Shown here: in pieces, positions 31,547 through 41,313 of the stretch
How the letters are laid out: every line of letters begins with the position of its first letter
Position numbering within the stretch: the stretch's first letter is position 1
Source: an uncultured bacterium
GTDB lineage: Bacteria > Acidobacteriota > HRBIN11 > JAKEFK01
Assembly: GCA_963777505.1 (NCBI GenBank)
Contig: CAVZQN010000008.1
Span: 352,001-416,000, forward strand
Length of the DNA: 64,000 nt
Direction: 5' to 3'
Notes under the pieces: model-generated
The model's database searches: none
What the model was told of the DNA's origin: nothing
What the model saw: only the letters and a program-made list of their open reading frames with translations
Made by a program: the position numbers and the translations under genes

Positions 31547-32044
31547 CTAGTGAATGCTTCGTTCGCGCACTTCTTCTGAGGTCAGTCCATAAAGCGGAGG
31601 AGAAGGCACACCCAGAAGCTGCAAATACAAATAGATCTGCCCACGATGATGAACTTCATGCTCAATCATCGCCCGAAGCCACTTCCATAAAGTAATTTGG
31701 CCTCCGGACGGGATCGTACATTTTTTTTGCAAATCTTCGTCTGACAGAGAACGGAAAACTTCCATCGATTCCTGGTGAGTTCGATTCAAAAAGTTCAATA
31801 CTTCTTCATATCCATCCGCGAGTTCTTTGCCATGGCCTGAGTATCGGCTCTGTTGAAATTTCGCATGCTCAGCATACATGTACCGTTCAATCGCAGCGAT
31901 ATGGCGTATCAAGTCGCCAAAACTAAATTTTCCGTCTTTCGGTGACCAATCGATCTTATCAGGCGGAATGCATTTGATAACGCGGACGGTCCGCTCTCGA
32001 ATCCGCTCAAAATAATTTAGAAAGGAATCTAGATTCTCATTCAT
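31547..32044 (-). CDS. DinB/YfiT family protein
   Basis: DLIRHIA; EHEVHHRGQ; PPLYG motifs. Confidence 0.9.
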   Translation of the reverse strand: MNENLDSFLNYFERIRERTVRVIKCIPPDKIDWSPKDGKFSFGDLIRHIAAIERYMYAEHAKFQQSRYSGHGKELADGYEEVLNFLNRTHQESMEVFRSLSDEDLQKKCTIPSGGQITLWKWLRAMIEHEVHHRGQIYLYLQLLGVPSPPLYGLTSEEVRERSIH

Positions 32045-32111
32045 AGAATCGATCGACTCAATACTCTTGAAGAGGTTTGATTGTTGCGACGCCAGGAAAT
32101 TTTGTTCCGGA

Positions 32112-32780
32112 TTAATTTTTGACGAAAGCTTGTTGCTCTAATAGCTGAGGAAATTCCTGAATAATTGCCCCTTTCAATTCAGTGAGCTTTCCATCAAACA
32201 GATGAACCGCATTCTCAATAAATACTAATTTCTTTGGATCGCGCAGTTGACGGAACCATTCGCGAACGGAATCAGGTTGACCATATTGATCCAGGCTCCC
32301 CTGCACAATAAGCTTTGGGCGTTCATAATCATTTAGGAAGCTGAAATCAGCCACATCGACCGTTACTCCCGCTCCAAGAACAGCCATAACTCGATCATCG
32401 CGTGTAGCAGCCATCAACCCAACTTTGGAACCAAAAGAGAAACCGCCGATCACTTTAATCGCTTCAGGATAAAGTTTGTCGAAATGATCCATCACGGCCT
32501 CGACATCTCTTTGTTCCCCTATTCCGTGATTGAACGAACCAGAAGATCTGCCTACTCCACGGAAGTTAAATCGTATCGTAGCAAATCCAATCTGATTCAG
32601 GGCCATTGCAATGGAATAAATAACTTTATTGTGCATGGTCCCGCCATAGAGCGGATGCGGGTGGCACAGTACCGCCAGATGTGTAACCTTTTTCGAAACA
32701 TAGGAGAAGATTCCTTCCAGTTCCCCTTCGGGCCCCGGTATAAAAACCATCTCACTTTTCTTAGCAATTGCTGAATTCAT
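32112..32780 (-). CDS. Alpha/beta fold hydrolase
   Basis: HPHPLYGGTMHNKV, RFNFRGVG, GFSFG nucleophile elbow, D and H of the triad. Confidence 0.9.
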   Translation of the reverse strand: MNSAIAKKSEMVFIPGPEGELEGIFSYVSKKVTHLAVLCHPHPLYGGTMHNKVIYSIAMALNQIGFATIRFNFRGVGRSSGSFNHGIGEQRDVEAVMDHFDKLYPEAIKVIGGFSFGSKVGLMAATRDDRVMAVLGAGVTVDVADFSFLNDYERPKLIVQGSLDQYGQPDSVREWFRQLRDPKKLVFIENAVHLFDGKLTELKGAIIQEFPQLLEQQAFVKN

Positions 32781-32927
32781 GCAGGGTCAATGATACCGTT
32801 CTTGCACTTGAGGCGCAATCTTTTCAGAGGGAATTTTGTTCTTAAGAGAAGTGTCTCAAACCTCACCAAAATAAAGGCTTAGGTCATATTCAATGCAGTT
32901 TGACTGTCTTAGGAATGCAATTACCTA

Positions 32928-32936
32928 TGCTAGAAT
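32928..32936 (+). promoter_or_regulatory. Extended -10 promoter upstream of the structured RNA and arc operon
   Basis: TGcTAGAAT. Confidence 0.5.
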
Positions 32937-32942
32937 TGGAAT

Positions 32943-33085
32943 CTGTTTTTCGGGGGCAAAGGTCCGCATGTACTAACCACTCCATCTTGAAACGAATGTT
33001 TAACTCAACTGCCATGTCACTTAGATAAATTTGCGCCTTGGCAGCTGAATTAGATTTCGATGTGGGTGGTATTCGCGAAGAATTG
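32943..33085 (+). ncRNA. Candidate structured RNA (6S-like rod or arc operon leader)
   Basis: 32976-32986 pairs with 33059-33070 and 32999-33014 pairs with 33039-33054, with an asymmetric bubble; promoter directly upstream. Confidence 0.4.
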
Positions 33086-33100
33086 AACTAAGGAGGATTT

Positions 33101-34414
33101 GTGAAAACCCGCATCCTTATCATGGGAGCCGCTGGTCGTGACTTCCATAATTTTAATGTGCTGTACCGCGAGAATCCTGATTTTGAAGTTGTTGCATTCA
33201 CTGCGACTCAAATTCCAAATATATCGGGACGAAAATATCCTGCGGAACTCGCAGGCAAATCGTATCCAGATGGAATTCCCATTTTTGATGAAAAAGAATT
33301 ATCCGGTCTCATCAAAAAATATTCAGTACAACAAGTAGTTTTTTCTTACAGTGATGTTTCGCACGAATATGTAATGCACAAAGGCTGCGAAGCGTTGGCT
33401 TCGGGTGCCGACTTTCATTTCATCAATCCTATTTCAACGATGCTTCCTTCGCAGAGACCAGTTGTGTCCGTCTGCGCTGTTCGTACGGGATCCGGTAAGA
33501 GTCAAACTACTCGAAAAGTATCTGAAATATTAAAAAATGCTGGGAAAAAAATAGCTGTTGTTAGGCATCCAATGCCTTATGGCGATCTTGTCGCTCAGCG
33601 GGTTCAAAAATTTGCAACAATGGATGATCTTGACCGGTATGACTGTACGATTGAAGAACGAGAAGAATATGAACCTCATATTGCACGTGGGGTTACGGTC
33701 TTTGCAGGTGTAGATTATCAAGCAATCTTAAGTGAGGCTGAAAGGGAAGCTGAGATTGTGGTATGGGATGGTGGAAACAATGACACTCCATTTTACCGTT
33801 CGAATCTTGAGATTGTTGTTGCTGATCCACATCGACCGGGACATGAATTAACTTACTTCCCGGGAGAAGTAAACTTTCGACGTGCGGATGTAATCGTCAT
33901 CAACAAGATTGATACAGCTTCGTTTGAAAATATTAATCGTATTCGACACAACATTCGCATAACCAATCCAAAAGCAGTCGTCGTTGATGCTGCTTCTCCG
34001 ATCTTTGTCGAAAATCCAGAACTCATTTTCAATAAACGTGTGCTCGTTATTGAAGACGGTCCGACACTTACGCATGGTGAAATGAAATACGGCGCAGGAA
34101 TTCTGGCTGCTAATAAATTTGCCGCGAGTGAAATTATTGATCCGCGCAAATTTGCCGTTGGAACGATTGCTGAAACTTTTAGGATTTATCCTGAAATTGG
34201 AATACTTTTACCAGCAATGGGATATGGACAAAAACAGCTGAAGGATTTGGAAGAGACGATTAATCGATCTGATTGCGATGTTGTCATCATTGCAACGCCT
34301 ATAGATCTCAGGCGGCTCGTGAACCTCAATAAACCTGCAGTTCGAGTTCAATATGAATTGCAGCCGATCGGCTCACCATCTCTTGAAGATGTGCTAAAGC
34401 CTTTCATATCCTAA
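33101..34414 (+). CDS. arcE: Probable arginine synthetase (cyclic 2,3-diphosphoglycerate synthetase-like P-loop protein)
   Basis: GAAGRDFHNFN, RTGSGKSQ, RHPMPYG, EEREEYE, WDGGNND and EDGPTLTHG motifs; strong SD; first gene before arcC-arcB. Confidence 0.75.
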   Translation: MKTRILIMGAAGRDFHNFNVLYRENPDFEVVAFTATQIPNISGRKYPAELAGKSYPDGIPIFDEKELSGLIKKYSVQQVVFSYSDVSHEYVMHKGCEALASGADFHFINPISTMLPSQRPVVSVCAVRTGSGKSQTTRKVSEILKNAGKKIAVVRHPMPYGDLVAQRVQKFATMDDLDRYDCTIEEREEYEPHIARGVTVFAGVDYQAILSEAEREAEIVVWDGGNNDTPFYRSNLEIVVADPHRPGHELTYFPGEVNFRRADVIVINKIDTASFENINRIRHNIRITNPKAVVVDAASPIFVENPELIFNKRVLVIEDGPTLTHGEMKYGAGILAANKFAASEIIDPRKFAVGTIAETFRIYPEIGILLPAMGYGQKQLKDLEETINRSDCDVVIIATPIDLRRLVNLNKPAVRVQYELQPIGSPSLEDVLKPFIS

Positions 34415-34416
34415 TC

Positions 34417-35361
34417 ATGCGGAACCAGATCGCTGTTATTGCATTTGGCGGAAATGCCATTCTGAAAGAAAACGAGCGCGGAACGCAGGAAGAACAAATC
34501 AGGCATACTGATGAAGCCTGCGATCTCATGTCACAAATTGTTCAACGGGGTCATGAACTCGTAATCGTTCATGGAAACGGACCCCAGGTCGGCAATATTT
34601 TGATACAAATGGAAGAAGCCGCAAATAAAGTGCCCTCATTTTCATTGGATGTTTGTGTTGCAATTTCGGAAGGAAGCATGGGTTATATGCTCGAACGTTC
34701 ATTGCGGAATCAGTTTAGAAAACGAAATCTTAAAAAAGAAGTAACGTGTCTTATTACTCAAGTGATGGTGGATCCGCGCGATTCCGCTTTTGAAAATCCC
34801 AGCAAACCGATTGGACCTTTCTTCACAGCATATCGTGCTGCGGCGCTGAAAAAGGAAAAAAAGTGGCCGATGGTTGAAGATAGTGGACGTGGATATAGAC
34901 GCGTTGTAGCTTCTCCACTCCCACAAAAAATAATTAACATCGATGTAATTAAAGCGCTGCTCGCACAAGGCATAAATGTTATCGCAGCCGGTGGCGGTGG
35001 AATTCCCGCTTATTATGACGGACACGATAACATCAAAGGTGTCGAAGCTGTTATCGATAAAGACTACACGAGCAGTTTGCTTGCATCGGAATTGAAGGCT
35101 GATCTATTTGTAATACTTACAAATGTCGATTATGTCGCAATTCATTTCAACAAACGGAATCAGAAAAATCTTACGAAGGTCCGGTTGAAAGAAATCAAAC
35201 GTTATTATGATAAGGGTCACTTCCCGTCCGGCAGTATGGGACCGAAAATTAAAGCGGCGATGGACTTCGTCGAAGCAGGCGGAAAAGAAGTAATCATTAC
35301 ATCTTCACGTGAATTATTAAAAGCACTTCGTGGACAATCCGGAACACATATCGTGAGATAG
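34417..35361 (+). CDS. arcC: Carbamate kinase
   Basis: AFGGNA, HGNGPQVG, PSKPIGP, GGGGIP, EAVIDKD and GSMGPK motifs. Confidence 0.95.
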   Translation: MRNQIAVIAFGGNAILKENERGTQEEQIRHTDEACDLMSQIVQRGHELVIVHGNGPQVGNILIQMEEAANKVPSFSLDVCVAISEGSMGYMLERSLRNQFRKRNLKKEVTCLITQVMVDPRDSAFENPSKPIGPFFTAYRAAALKKEKKWPMVEDSGRGYRRVVASPLPQKIINIDVIKALLAQGINVIAAGGGGIPAYYDGHDNIKGVEAVIDKDYTSSLLASELKADLFVILTNVDYVAIHFNKRNQKNLTKVRLKEIKRYYDKGHFPSGSMGPKIKAAMDFVEAGGKEVIITSSRELLKALRGQSGTHIVR

Positions 35362-35365
35362 GTTT

Positions 35366-36307
35366 ATGAGCAACAGTATGAAACATTTTTTAAGTCTGAA
35401 AGATATAACTCCTGAACAGATGAAGGAAATTTTCGAACTGACGACGGACGTTAAAAAGAATTCCTCGAAATATTCAAAATCGCTTACGGGAAAAACGCTT
35501 GGGATGATTTTTCAAAAGTCCTCAACCAGAACCCGCGTTTCATTCGAAGTCGGAATGTATCAACTCGGCGGGCATGCTCTGTTTTTGAGCTCCCAGGACA
35601 TTCAAATAGGCCGTGGGGAAACGATTGCAGATACAGCACGTGTACTATCAAGGATGCTGGACATGATTATGGCGCGTGTGTTCGGACATGACATCGTTGT
35701 CGATCTTGCACGCTTTGGTTCAGTACCGGTCATCAACGGGCTGTCTGATTTTTCTCACCCGTGTCAGGCGGTTGCTGACTACTTCACACTCTATGAACAT
35801 TGGGGAGGAAATATTCAAGGGCGCAAAATCTCATATGTAGGTGACGGTAATAATGTTTGCCATTCCTTGCTTTTTGGTGCAGCAATTCTCGGAATGCATA
35901 TTGCTGTTGCTGCTCCGGATGGATACAAACCGGATCCATCGGTTGTCGAATTCAGTTCCAACCTTGCAAAGAAGACAGGTGGATCGATAGCGATTGTTAC
36001 AAGTCCAGTAGACGCAGTGAAGAATGCAGACGCCGTCTATACAGATGTTTGGGCTTCAATGGGACAGGAAAAAGAATATCTGGAGCGCAAGAAAATATTT
36101 GGAGACTATCAGGTAAACAAGAAATTATTTTCTCAGGCAAAACCAGATGCAATTTTCTTGCATTGTTTGCCAGCCCATCGCGGAGATGAAGTGACCGATG
36201 ATGTAATCGATAGTCCAAATTCAGCAGTGTGGGATGAAGCAGAAAACCGGCTTCACACACAGAAAGCAATTATGCTGATTCTTGCCCGAAATCATGGCTG
36301 GCTCTAA
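35366..36307 (+). CDS. argF: Ornithine carbamoyltransferase (ArgF/ArcB; catabolic by context)
   Basis: SSTRTR, HPCQ, DVWASMG, HCLP and EAENR motifs. Confidence 0.93.
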   Translation: MSNSMKHFLSLKDITPEQMKEIFELTTDVKKNSSKYSKSLTGKTLGMIFQKSSTRTRVSFEVGMYQLGGHALFLSSQDIQIGRGETIADTARVLSRMLDMIMARVFGHDIVVDLARFGSVPVINGLSDFSHPCQAVADYFTLYEHWGGNIQGRKISYVGDGNNVCHSLLFGAAILGMHIAVAAPDGYKPDPSVVEFSSNLAKKTGGSIAIVTSPVDAVKNADAVYTDVWASMGQEKEYLERKKIFGDYQVNKKLFSQAKPDAIFLHCLPAHRGDEVTDDVIDSPNSAVWDEAENRLHTQKAIMLILARNHGWL

Positions 36308-37703
36308 GTACATTCGCTTTTTTCTTTCATTTCTGCTTTTAGCTTTTTCAATCAGTGCTGAAGAACCACATCTAAAAATTATTCGCGATCTTGCAGCCCT
36401 CGGTCCGCGCGTATATGAGACCGATGCTTCGCGAAAAGCTGCTCAGTATATTCATGATCGGCTCAAAGGTTATGGTCTTCCGGATGTTAAGCTTCAACCA
36501 ATTGAAGGTTCGCGCGGAGCCTTCAATGTAATCGCTTTTGTACCTGGAAAAGATCCCTCCAAACAAATCATCATCGGTTCACATCATGATTCAGTAGAGG
36601 AAGCCCCCGGCGCATACGACGATGGTGGCGGAACTTCAGTGATGATGAATGTTGCGCACCATTTTGCAGCGATGCAGCCTCCATATACTTTGGTGTTTTG
36701 TTCGTTTGATGGTGAAGAAGTTGGGTTTAATGGCTCTATAGCATTTGCTAAAAGTTTAACAAAAGAACAACGCGAAAAAACTTTGTTCATGCTTTGTCTT
36801 GAAATGATGGGATGGCAAAAAGGCTCATCAAACATTCAGACACTGAAGTATGAACTTGGTGGACGGAATCCAAAAGTCCAAAGTCTGAGTGGCCACGGAT
36901 TGTTAACACCTGCGCCGCTTACAAGATTGATCTTGCAGTCAGCACGAACGGCGAACATTCCGTTTGCGCATGGAGATCCTAACATTTCGTTGTTATATCA
37001 GCTCGGCGTGCGTTTGATGAAGGTTCGTTTTTATGGCGATGACATTGCTTTTCAACTTTCAGGGATTCCTGCAGTCATGTTTACCGATTCTTCTTTTTCA
37101 GCATTTTATCCTGACTATCATCAGCCTGGTGATGTCCCTCAGAATTTGTCCGAATCGCGTTTAGCAGAAATGAGCAGGCTGATTACAACAATCGTACATC
37201 GAGCAAAAGCGGAAGACTTTGGAAAACCGGTTGATTCAAAATCACAGCAAGAATATCTGACGCTTGGTCCGATTTTTCTCACACATGATGTGATGCGCGT
37301 CTTATATTTTGTTACTCTTGCAATCCTTATCTGGCATTTAATTGCACGTTATGGCAAAAATAAATTCGTTGTGGTGCTTTTGTTTGAAGCTCTTTTCCTT
37401 ACGAATCTGTTTAGCCATTATGCAACCTTTGCGTTTGTCGTATTTGGAGTATCAATCTGGCTTTATTTAATCTTTGAGTGGATCGGGTTCCGTTCATGGT
37501 GGCGCAATTTACTGATTTATGTCCCTCACCTCGCAATCGCTGCATTTGCAATTGCTGCCTGGCATCAGCAATTCGTCTATGGCACCTATGTCACCCGCCT
37601 CGACACCGTCTTCCTCGCCGTTGCCGTCATCCTCTCTTTCCTACGTATCAATAAGCTCCATTTACCGCAGAGTCACAAAGAATTCTCTGCGTCTTTGCGG
37701 TGA
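36294..37703 (+). CDS. M28 family aminopeptidase with signal peptide and C-terminal TM helices
   Basis: GSHHDS, GAYDDGGG, DGEE and YHQPGD motifs; hydrophobic C-terminal region. Confidence 0.83.
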   Translation: MAGSKYIRFFLSFLLLAFSISAEEPHLKIIRDLAALGPRVYETDASRKAAQYIHDRLKGYGLPDVKLQPIEGSRGAFNVIAFVPGKDPSKQIIIGSHHDSVEEAPGAYDDGGGTSVMMNVAHHFAAMQPPYTLVFCSFDGEEVGFNGSIAFAKSLTKEQREKTLFMLCLEMMGWQKGSSNIQTLKYELGGRNPKVQSLSGHGLLTPAPLTRLILQSARTANIPFAHGDPNISLLYQLGVRLMKVRFYGDDIAFQLSGIPAVMFTDSSFSAFYPDYHQPGDVPQNLSESRLAEMSRLITTIVHRAKAEDFGKPVDSKSQQEYLTLGPIFLTHDVMRVLYFVTLAILIWHLIARYGKNKFVVVLLFEALFLTNLFSHYATFAFVVFGVSIWLYLIFEWIGFRSWWRNLLIYVPHLAIAAFAIAAWHQQFVYGTYVTRLDTVFLAVAVILSFLRINKLHLPQSHKEFSASLR

Positions 37704-37704
37704 A
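37662..37704. repeat. ACCGCAGAG/CTCTGCGTCTTTGCGGT inverted repeat unit
   Basis: Related copies at 41862-41881 and 45027-45043. Confidence 0.7.
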
Positions 37705-37707
37705 TAA

Positions 37708-38583
37708 TCATCGGGGGTGGGACCAGGGTGGAGGAGCGACTGGCTGACTACATGGAGTTTCAGCGGCGGGAGGCGCAACCGGAGCGAAGATGACCCCCAG
37801 CAAGATACCCAACGTAAATGGAATGATCCATTCAACTGGAATTAATCGCAGTTTTGTAAAAATCGATGATGTCAGTTTTGATTCGGTATCGTTTATCCGA
37901 GGCTGAATTTCTTGAATATACCCCGCAACCCACAACAAAAATAACACTCGATAACAAGTAATTCGATCCAGTTCAGGATCGGAAAGTATTTCTGCAAGCG
38001 AAGCGCTGCTTTTCAAATAATTCAACATCCGTTTTTCACCAGGCCGTAAAGCATGCTCAACTACTTCGAATTCACAGACGCGATACTGTCGGAGTACCTG
38101 CTCAGAAAATGCAACGGCACTTCTAATTTCCAGAGAGGCGCGGTCCGTTTGCAGCAAAATTTCAGATAATGGTAATTCGATTGGGATCATCTGCGGTTTC
38201 AATGACGCTAATTGAGATGAAAAAAAGAGATGGGTCCCCGAATGCATCAAAAGATGTGCGTTTGCATAACAATGCTCTTTCAAAAGATTTCGCAGTGAAT
38301 CGGGTTCGATTAAATTCTTCTGAACTACGGCAAGCCCAAGGGTTCGAGATTCAGTGATAAAAGATTGAGCCCATGTAAGCTTCTCGGGGTCAACTACACT
38401 GTTGTCATAAAGAAAGCGTGTGAAAGAATAATCGGCAGAAGTTGATGAGAAGCAAACGAGATCTCCATGTTTTACGGTCCAGTGCAAATAGCTTCGGCCA
38501 AGCTGGGCGGTGAGTGTCCCGCTTTTCTTAAAGTAACTCAGTTCACGGATCATTTCCCATCGGGAAAGAGCCTCTAGCGCCAT
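37708..38583 (-). CDS. Hypothetical protein, DUF4388/PatA-N-like domain with C-terminal TM
   Basis: KKSGTL, GDLV and TLG..VVQKNLI motifs; coupled to the minor pilin operon. Confidence 0.55.
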   Translation of the reverse strand: MALEALSRWEMIRELSYFKKSGTLTAQLGRSYLHWTVKHGDLVCFSSTSADYSFTRFLYDNSVVDPEKLTWAQSFITESRTLGLAVVQKNLIEPDSLRNLLKEHCYANAHLLMHSGTHLFFSSQLASLKPQMIPIELPLSEILLQTDRASLEIRSAVAFSEQVLRQYRVCEFEVVEHALRPGEKRMLNYLKSSASLAEILSDPELDRITCYRVLFLLWVAGYIQEIQPRINDTESKLTSSIFTKLRLIPVEWIIPFTLGILLGVIFAPVAPPAAETPCSQPVAPPPWSHPR

Positions 38584-39932
38584 TGTTCGCTCCCCTCAAG
38601 AATCATTACAAATTCAAATGAGGGTAAAAAAGGATATCGAAATTTGGATGATTGAAAGTGAACTTCATCGACATCGGCGGCCACAAACATGGCTGAATTC
38701 AAAGCGATAGACTCTTGAAACCATACCGCCTTACCGCCATTTTCAATTACTGACAAAAAGCTATCGCGTTTTTCTGGTTCAATCACCAACGAAGATCGGC
38801 CGATTTCATTCTTCCAGCTTTCAATCTCAACAGGAGGAACTATCGCTGCTCCTGGTTCGACAATCAGGCTTGCTTCAATCCCGTCATAAATTGCACTTCC
38901 GAATGAAATCAGTAATGCATGAATGCGCACAAATGCCGGAGAGACGGATGAAATCCAGATCGCTCCGCCTGCAGAGATGCAGATCGGAAAACGTTGAGTC
39001 GACGTTTCAATCGGCTGAAGACTGCTATCTACAAAAATGTTTGAAATCGCCGAAATATAAATAGGGTGAAGTACTTTGGCGTCCGGAAGGTGTGAAATCT
39101 GACGATAGCTCTGGCGAATTCGAACTGCATCGTCAAACCAAAAATGAAGTACACCAATAGTTCCCAGATCAATTCCGCTATAGATCACACGCCAGCGTTG
39201 CATCGGCTCGGCTTGCAGCGTCACCTGATCAAGATTCATTTCATATTCAGTGCCATTCCAAAACAACGGATTTTGAGCGGTAATTAACAATCCGTCCGAT
39301 CGAGCGGCTTGAAAGAAATCATCCAGGGTATGAAGCGATGTGAGATCGGGGTAAGAAATGATTTGATCGGTCTTCTTTCGAAATGATGCATTGATTTCTG
39401 GTGTAACCACACCATGCACAAAGTCACGAAATCGTACCGTTGGAAGTGGCAAAGTGAGTCCATCTGAAGCGAATACTCTGCCATCAACAAATGAAGCCTT
39501 CTGCAATGTTTGAGCGGAATTCGTGAAGAGCGCGAAATTTTCTAATCTGACCTGTGAGACATTCAGATCCAGGGTCGAATGATATCGGCCTTTTTGAACA
39601 TCCACGCGCAGTGAATTAATGCCAGCGGTGTTCCATGGTGCGCTTAGTCCGGCCTTCACTTCGTATCCATTCCAAATAAATGGGACTAAACTTTGCCCTT
39701 GCCATCGATCAGGGTCATGGAAAAAACGCGGCGTTTCAGAATCCAAATTATGAGTGTCAATCATTAATCTTGAGGATTGTTCGCACGCAATTCTTGCATT
39801 TTCGTTTTCAAAATGGTTTCTGGCTGACGCGTAATAATTCCCCGAAATTAAGAGCAAAATCAGTGCAAATAATGTCAGAATCAACAAGAACATCAGGCTG
39901 AGCACTAAAGCAAAACCATTCCTGTCTTTCAT
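38574..39932 (-). CDS. PilX-like minor pilin
   Basis: RNG|FALVLSLMFLL lacking Glu5; ATGA coupling gives start 39932. Confidence 0.7.
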   Translation of the reverse strand: MKDRNGFALVLSLMFLLILTLFALILLLISGNYYASARNHFENENARIACEQSSRLMIDTHNLDSETPRFFHDPDRWQGQSLVPFIWNGYEVKAGLSAPWNTAGINSLRVDVQKGRYHSTLDLNVSQVRLENFALFTNSAQTLQKASFVDGRVFASDGLTLPLPTVRFRDFVHGVVTPEINASFRKKTDQIISYPDLTSLHTLDDFFQAARSDGLLITAQNPLFWNGTEYEMNLDQVTLQAEPMQRWRVIYSGIDLGTIGVLHFWFDDAVRIRQSYRQISHLPDAKVLHPIYISAISNIFVDSSLQPIETSTQRFPICISAGGAIWISSVSPAFVRIHALLISFGSAIYDGIEASLIVEPGAAIVPPVEIESWKNEIGRSSLVIEPEKRDSFLSVIENGGKAVWFQESIALNSAMFVAADVDEVHFQSSKFRYPFLPSFEFVMILEGSEQWR

Positions 39933-40624
39933 GGAGTCACCGAGAAAGAAGCCTGAATCAACCCGGAGCGCCAGGTCATAGTCAATCGACTGCCTGTCCA
40001 TTGGTAAAGAAATTCTTCGACTGGACCGAAGTAGGGTTGTGATTGTCCAGAAGGTCCAATCCAATAGAGCGCATTATTGTTATGAGCAAAACCATGGACT
40101 TCAACAGGCACAAAGTAACCGGAAAGAAGCTCCGGCTGGTTTAGAAATAAATCGACCAATAGATGCAATTCCTGAGGCTGCGGAAGTACATCCGTAACCT
40201 TGCCGTAATTCCATGAAAATTCCGCATCGGAAGTCATACCTGCAAGCGCCACCGTCGTTCCAATGGCAACACTTGCATCTACCGGGACACGCCAGATTGA
40301 CGCTTCATGAATGAATGGCATCGGATCTGCCATTGGCCGTGCCAGCGTAAAAGAACTTGAAGATGGCTGTCGTCCAAAATCCAATCCTGAGAAAAAGAAT
40401 GGAATATCAGACAGGACACTACTCTTCTTGAAGCGGCTTGCAGAGCTTTGAAAAAAAGCTTTGAACGCAAGAAGTCTATAATTCGATTCCTCCTCCGGCC
40501 GTGTGCGATCGATCATCATTTGAGAAAGTTGCATTTCAGCATCAAGAGCTTTAAAGCCGGCAAGAACGAGAACAAGAAAGAACGATGTTGCACATAAGAA
40601 TTCAACCAGAGATGAGCCGCGCAT
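39929..40624 (-). CDS. PilW-like minor pilin
   Basis: MRG|SSLVEFL prepilin motif. Confidence 0.65.
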   Translation of the reverse strand: MRGSSLVEFLCATSFFLVLVLAGFKALDAEMQLSQMMIDRTRPEEESNYRLLAFKAFFQSSASRFKKSSVLSDIPFFFSGLDFGRQPSSSSFTLARPMADPMPFIHEASIWRVPVDASVAIGTTVALAGMTSDAEFSWNYGKVTDVLPQPQELHLLVDLFLNQPELLSGYFVPVEVHGFAHNNNALYWIGPSGQSQPYFGPVEEFLYQWTGSRLTMTWRSGLIQASFSVTP

Positions 40625-40628
40625 ATTT

Positions 40629-40979
40629 TTACTCCGAACGATAGAAGATGCTTTCTACAATCACGCTTGCTGCAGGCCGATAAAGCACCCGGCATTGCAC
40701 CTGGCGTGTTCCAAAATATGGAGTATTCAACTGCACCCGCCATTGAATTGAGAAAAGTCCATGCTCTTCTTGTTGTTCACCTTCTGATAAATCCTGCAAG
40801 GGCACGATCCGCAATTCCTCAATCTTTTCCAACAGAAGCAAAGTTGCACGCTGGTTCATTTTTCCTTTTCCGATCAGGTGAAGAGATGTCATATTTGTTC
40901 TCCCCAGAAACAGAAGGGCAAACAGAAGCAGAAACAAACTGATCATGACTTCTACATATGTAAACCCCCGGTTTCTCAT
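40629..40979 (-). CDS. PilV-like minor pilin
   Basis: MRNRG|FTYVEVMISL; EKIEELR. Confidence 0.75.
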   Translation of the reverse strand: MRNRGFTYVEVMISLFLLLFALLFLGRTNMTSLHLIGKGKMNQRATLLLLEKIEELRIVPLQDLSEGEQQEEHGLFSIQWRVQLNTPYFGTRQVQCRVLYRPAASVIVESIFYRSE

Positions 40980-40991
40980 GCGGGGAACTCA

Positions 40992-41008
40992 TTACAAGAC
41001 GTGTGCCA
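40992..41008 (-). promoter_or_regulatory. Sigma54-like promoter of the minor pilin operon (-12 variant)
   Basis: TGGCACACGTCTTGTAA (GG-N10-GT); TGACA-N8-TGTCA palindrome at 41104-41121 upstream. Confidence 0.45.
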
Positions 41009-41313
41009 GAGTTAGATGGTCGAGCGGATTTCAACCTTCGATTTGAGAGGTGTTAATTGATATTGAAAAACGAAGAACTGTAGGTTTTAGATTGACTTAC
41101 AACTGACAACCCGATTTGTCACCGCTCATAAAGCGTGAAAAATAAATTTTCTATGCGTGCATGGCACTTTGCGAGAAATGCCCTACCGCAATTGCCAAAA
41201 ACCAATTCGCTGCTTCAAGTCCGAAAAATGGGAATCGGAAAAGCCAATAGCTATGATAGGTTTTGTCGCTGAATCGTGCGTTAATAAGAAGGAACATCAA
41301 AGGAGAAACACAT

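Noticed and set aside
32808-32925. Lysine riboswitch-like words (GAGGCGC, ACTGTC) and possible ArgR boxes
   Set aside because: GAAAGG/GCCGA core elements are missing, and the TGCAT...ATG spacing does not fit an ARG box.
33101-34414. Annotation as a true cyclic 2,3-diphosphoglycerate synthetase
   Set aside because: No 2-phosphoglycerate kinase is adjacent; the arcC-arcB context fits arginine synthetase better.
39933-40064. Longer start for the PilX-like ORF
   Set aside because: It overlaps pilW by over 130 nt and buries the prepilin motif; ATGA coupling at 39932 is more credible.
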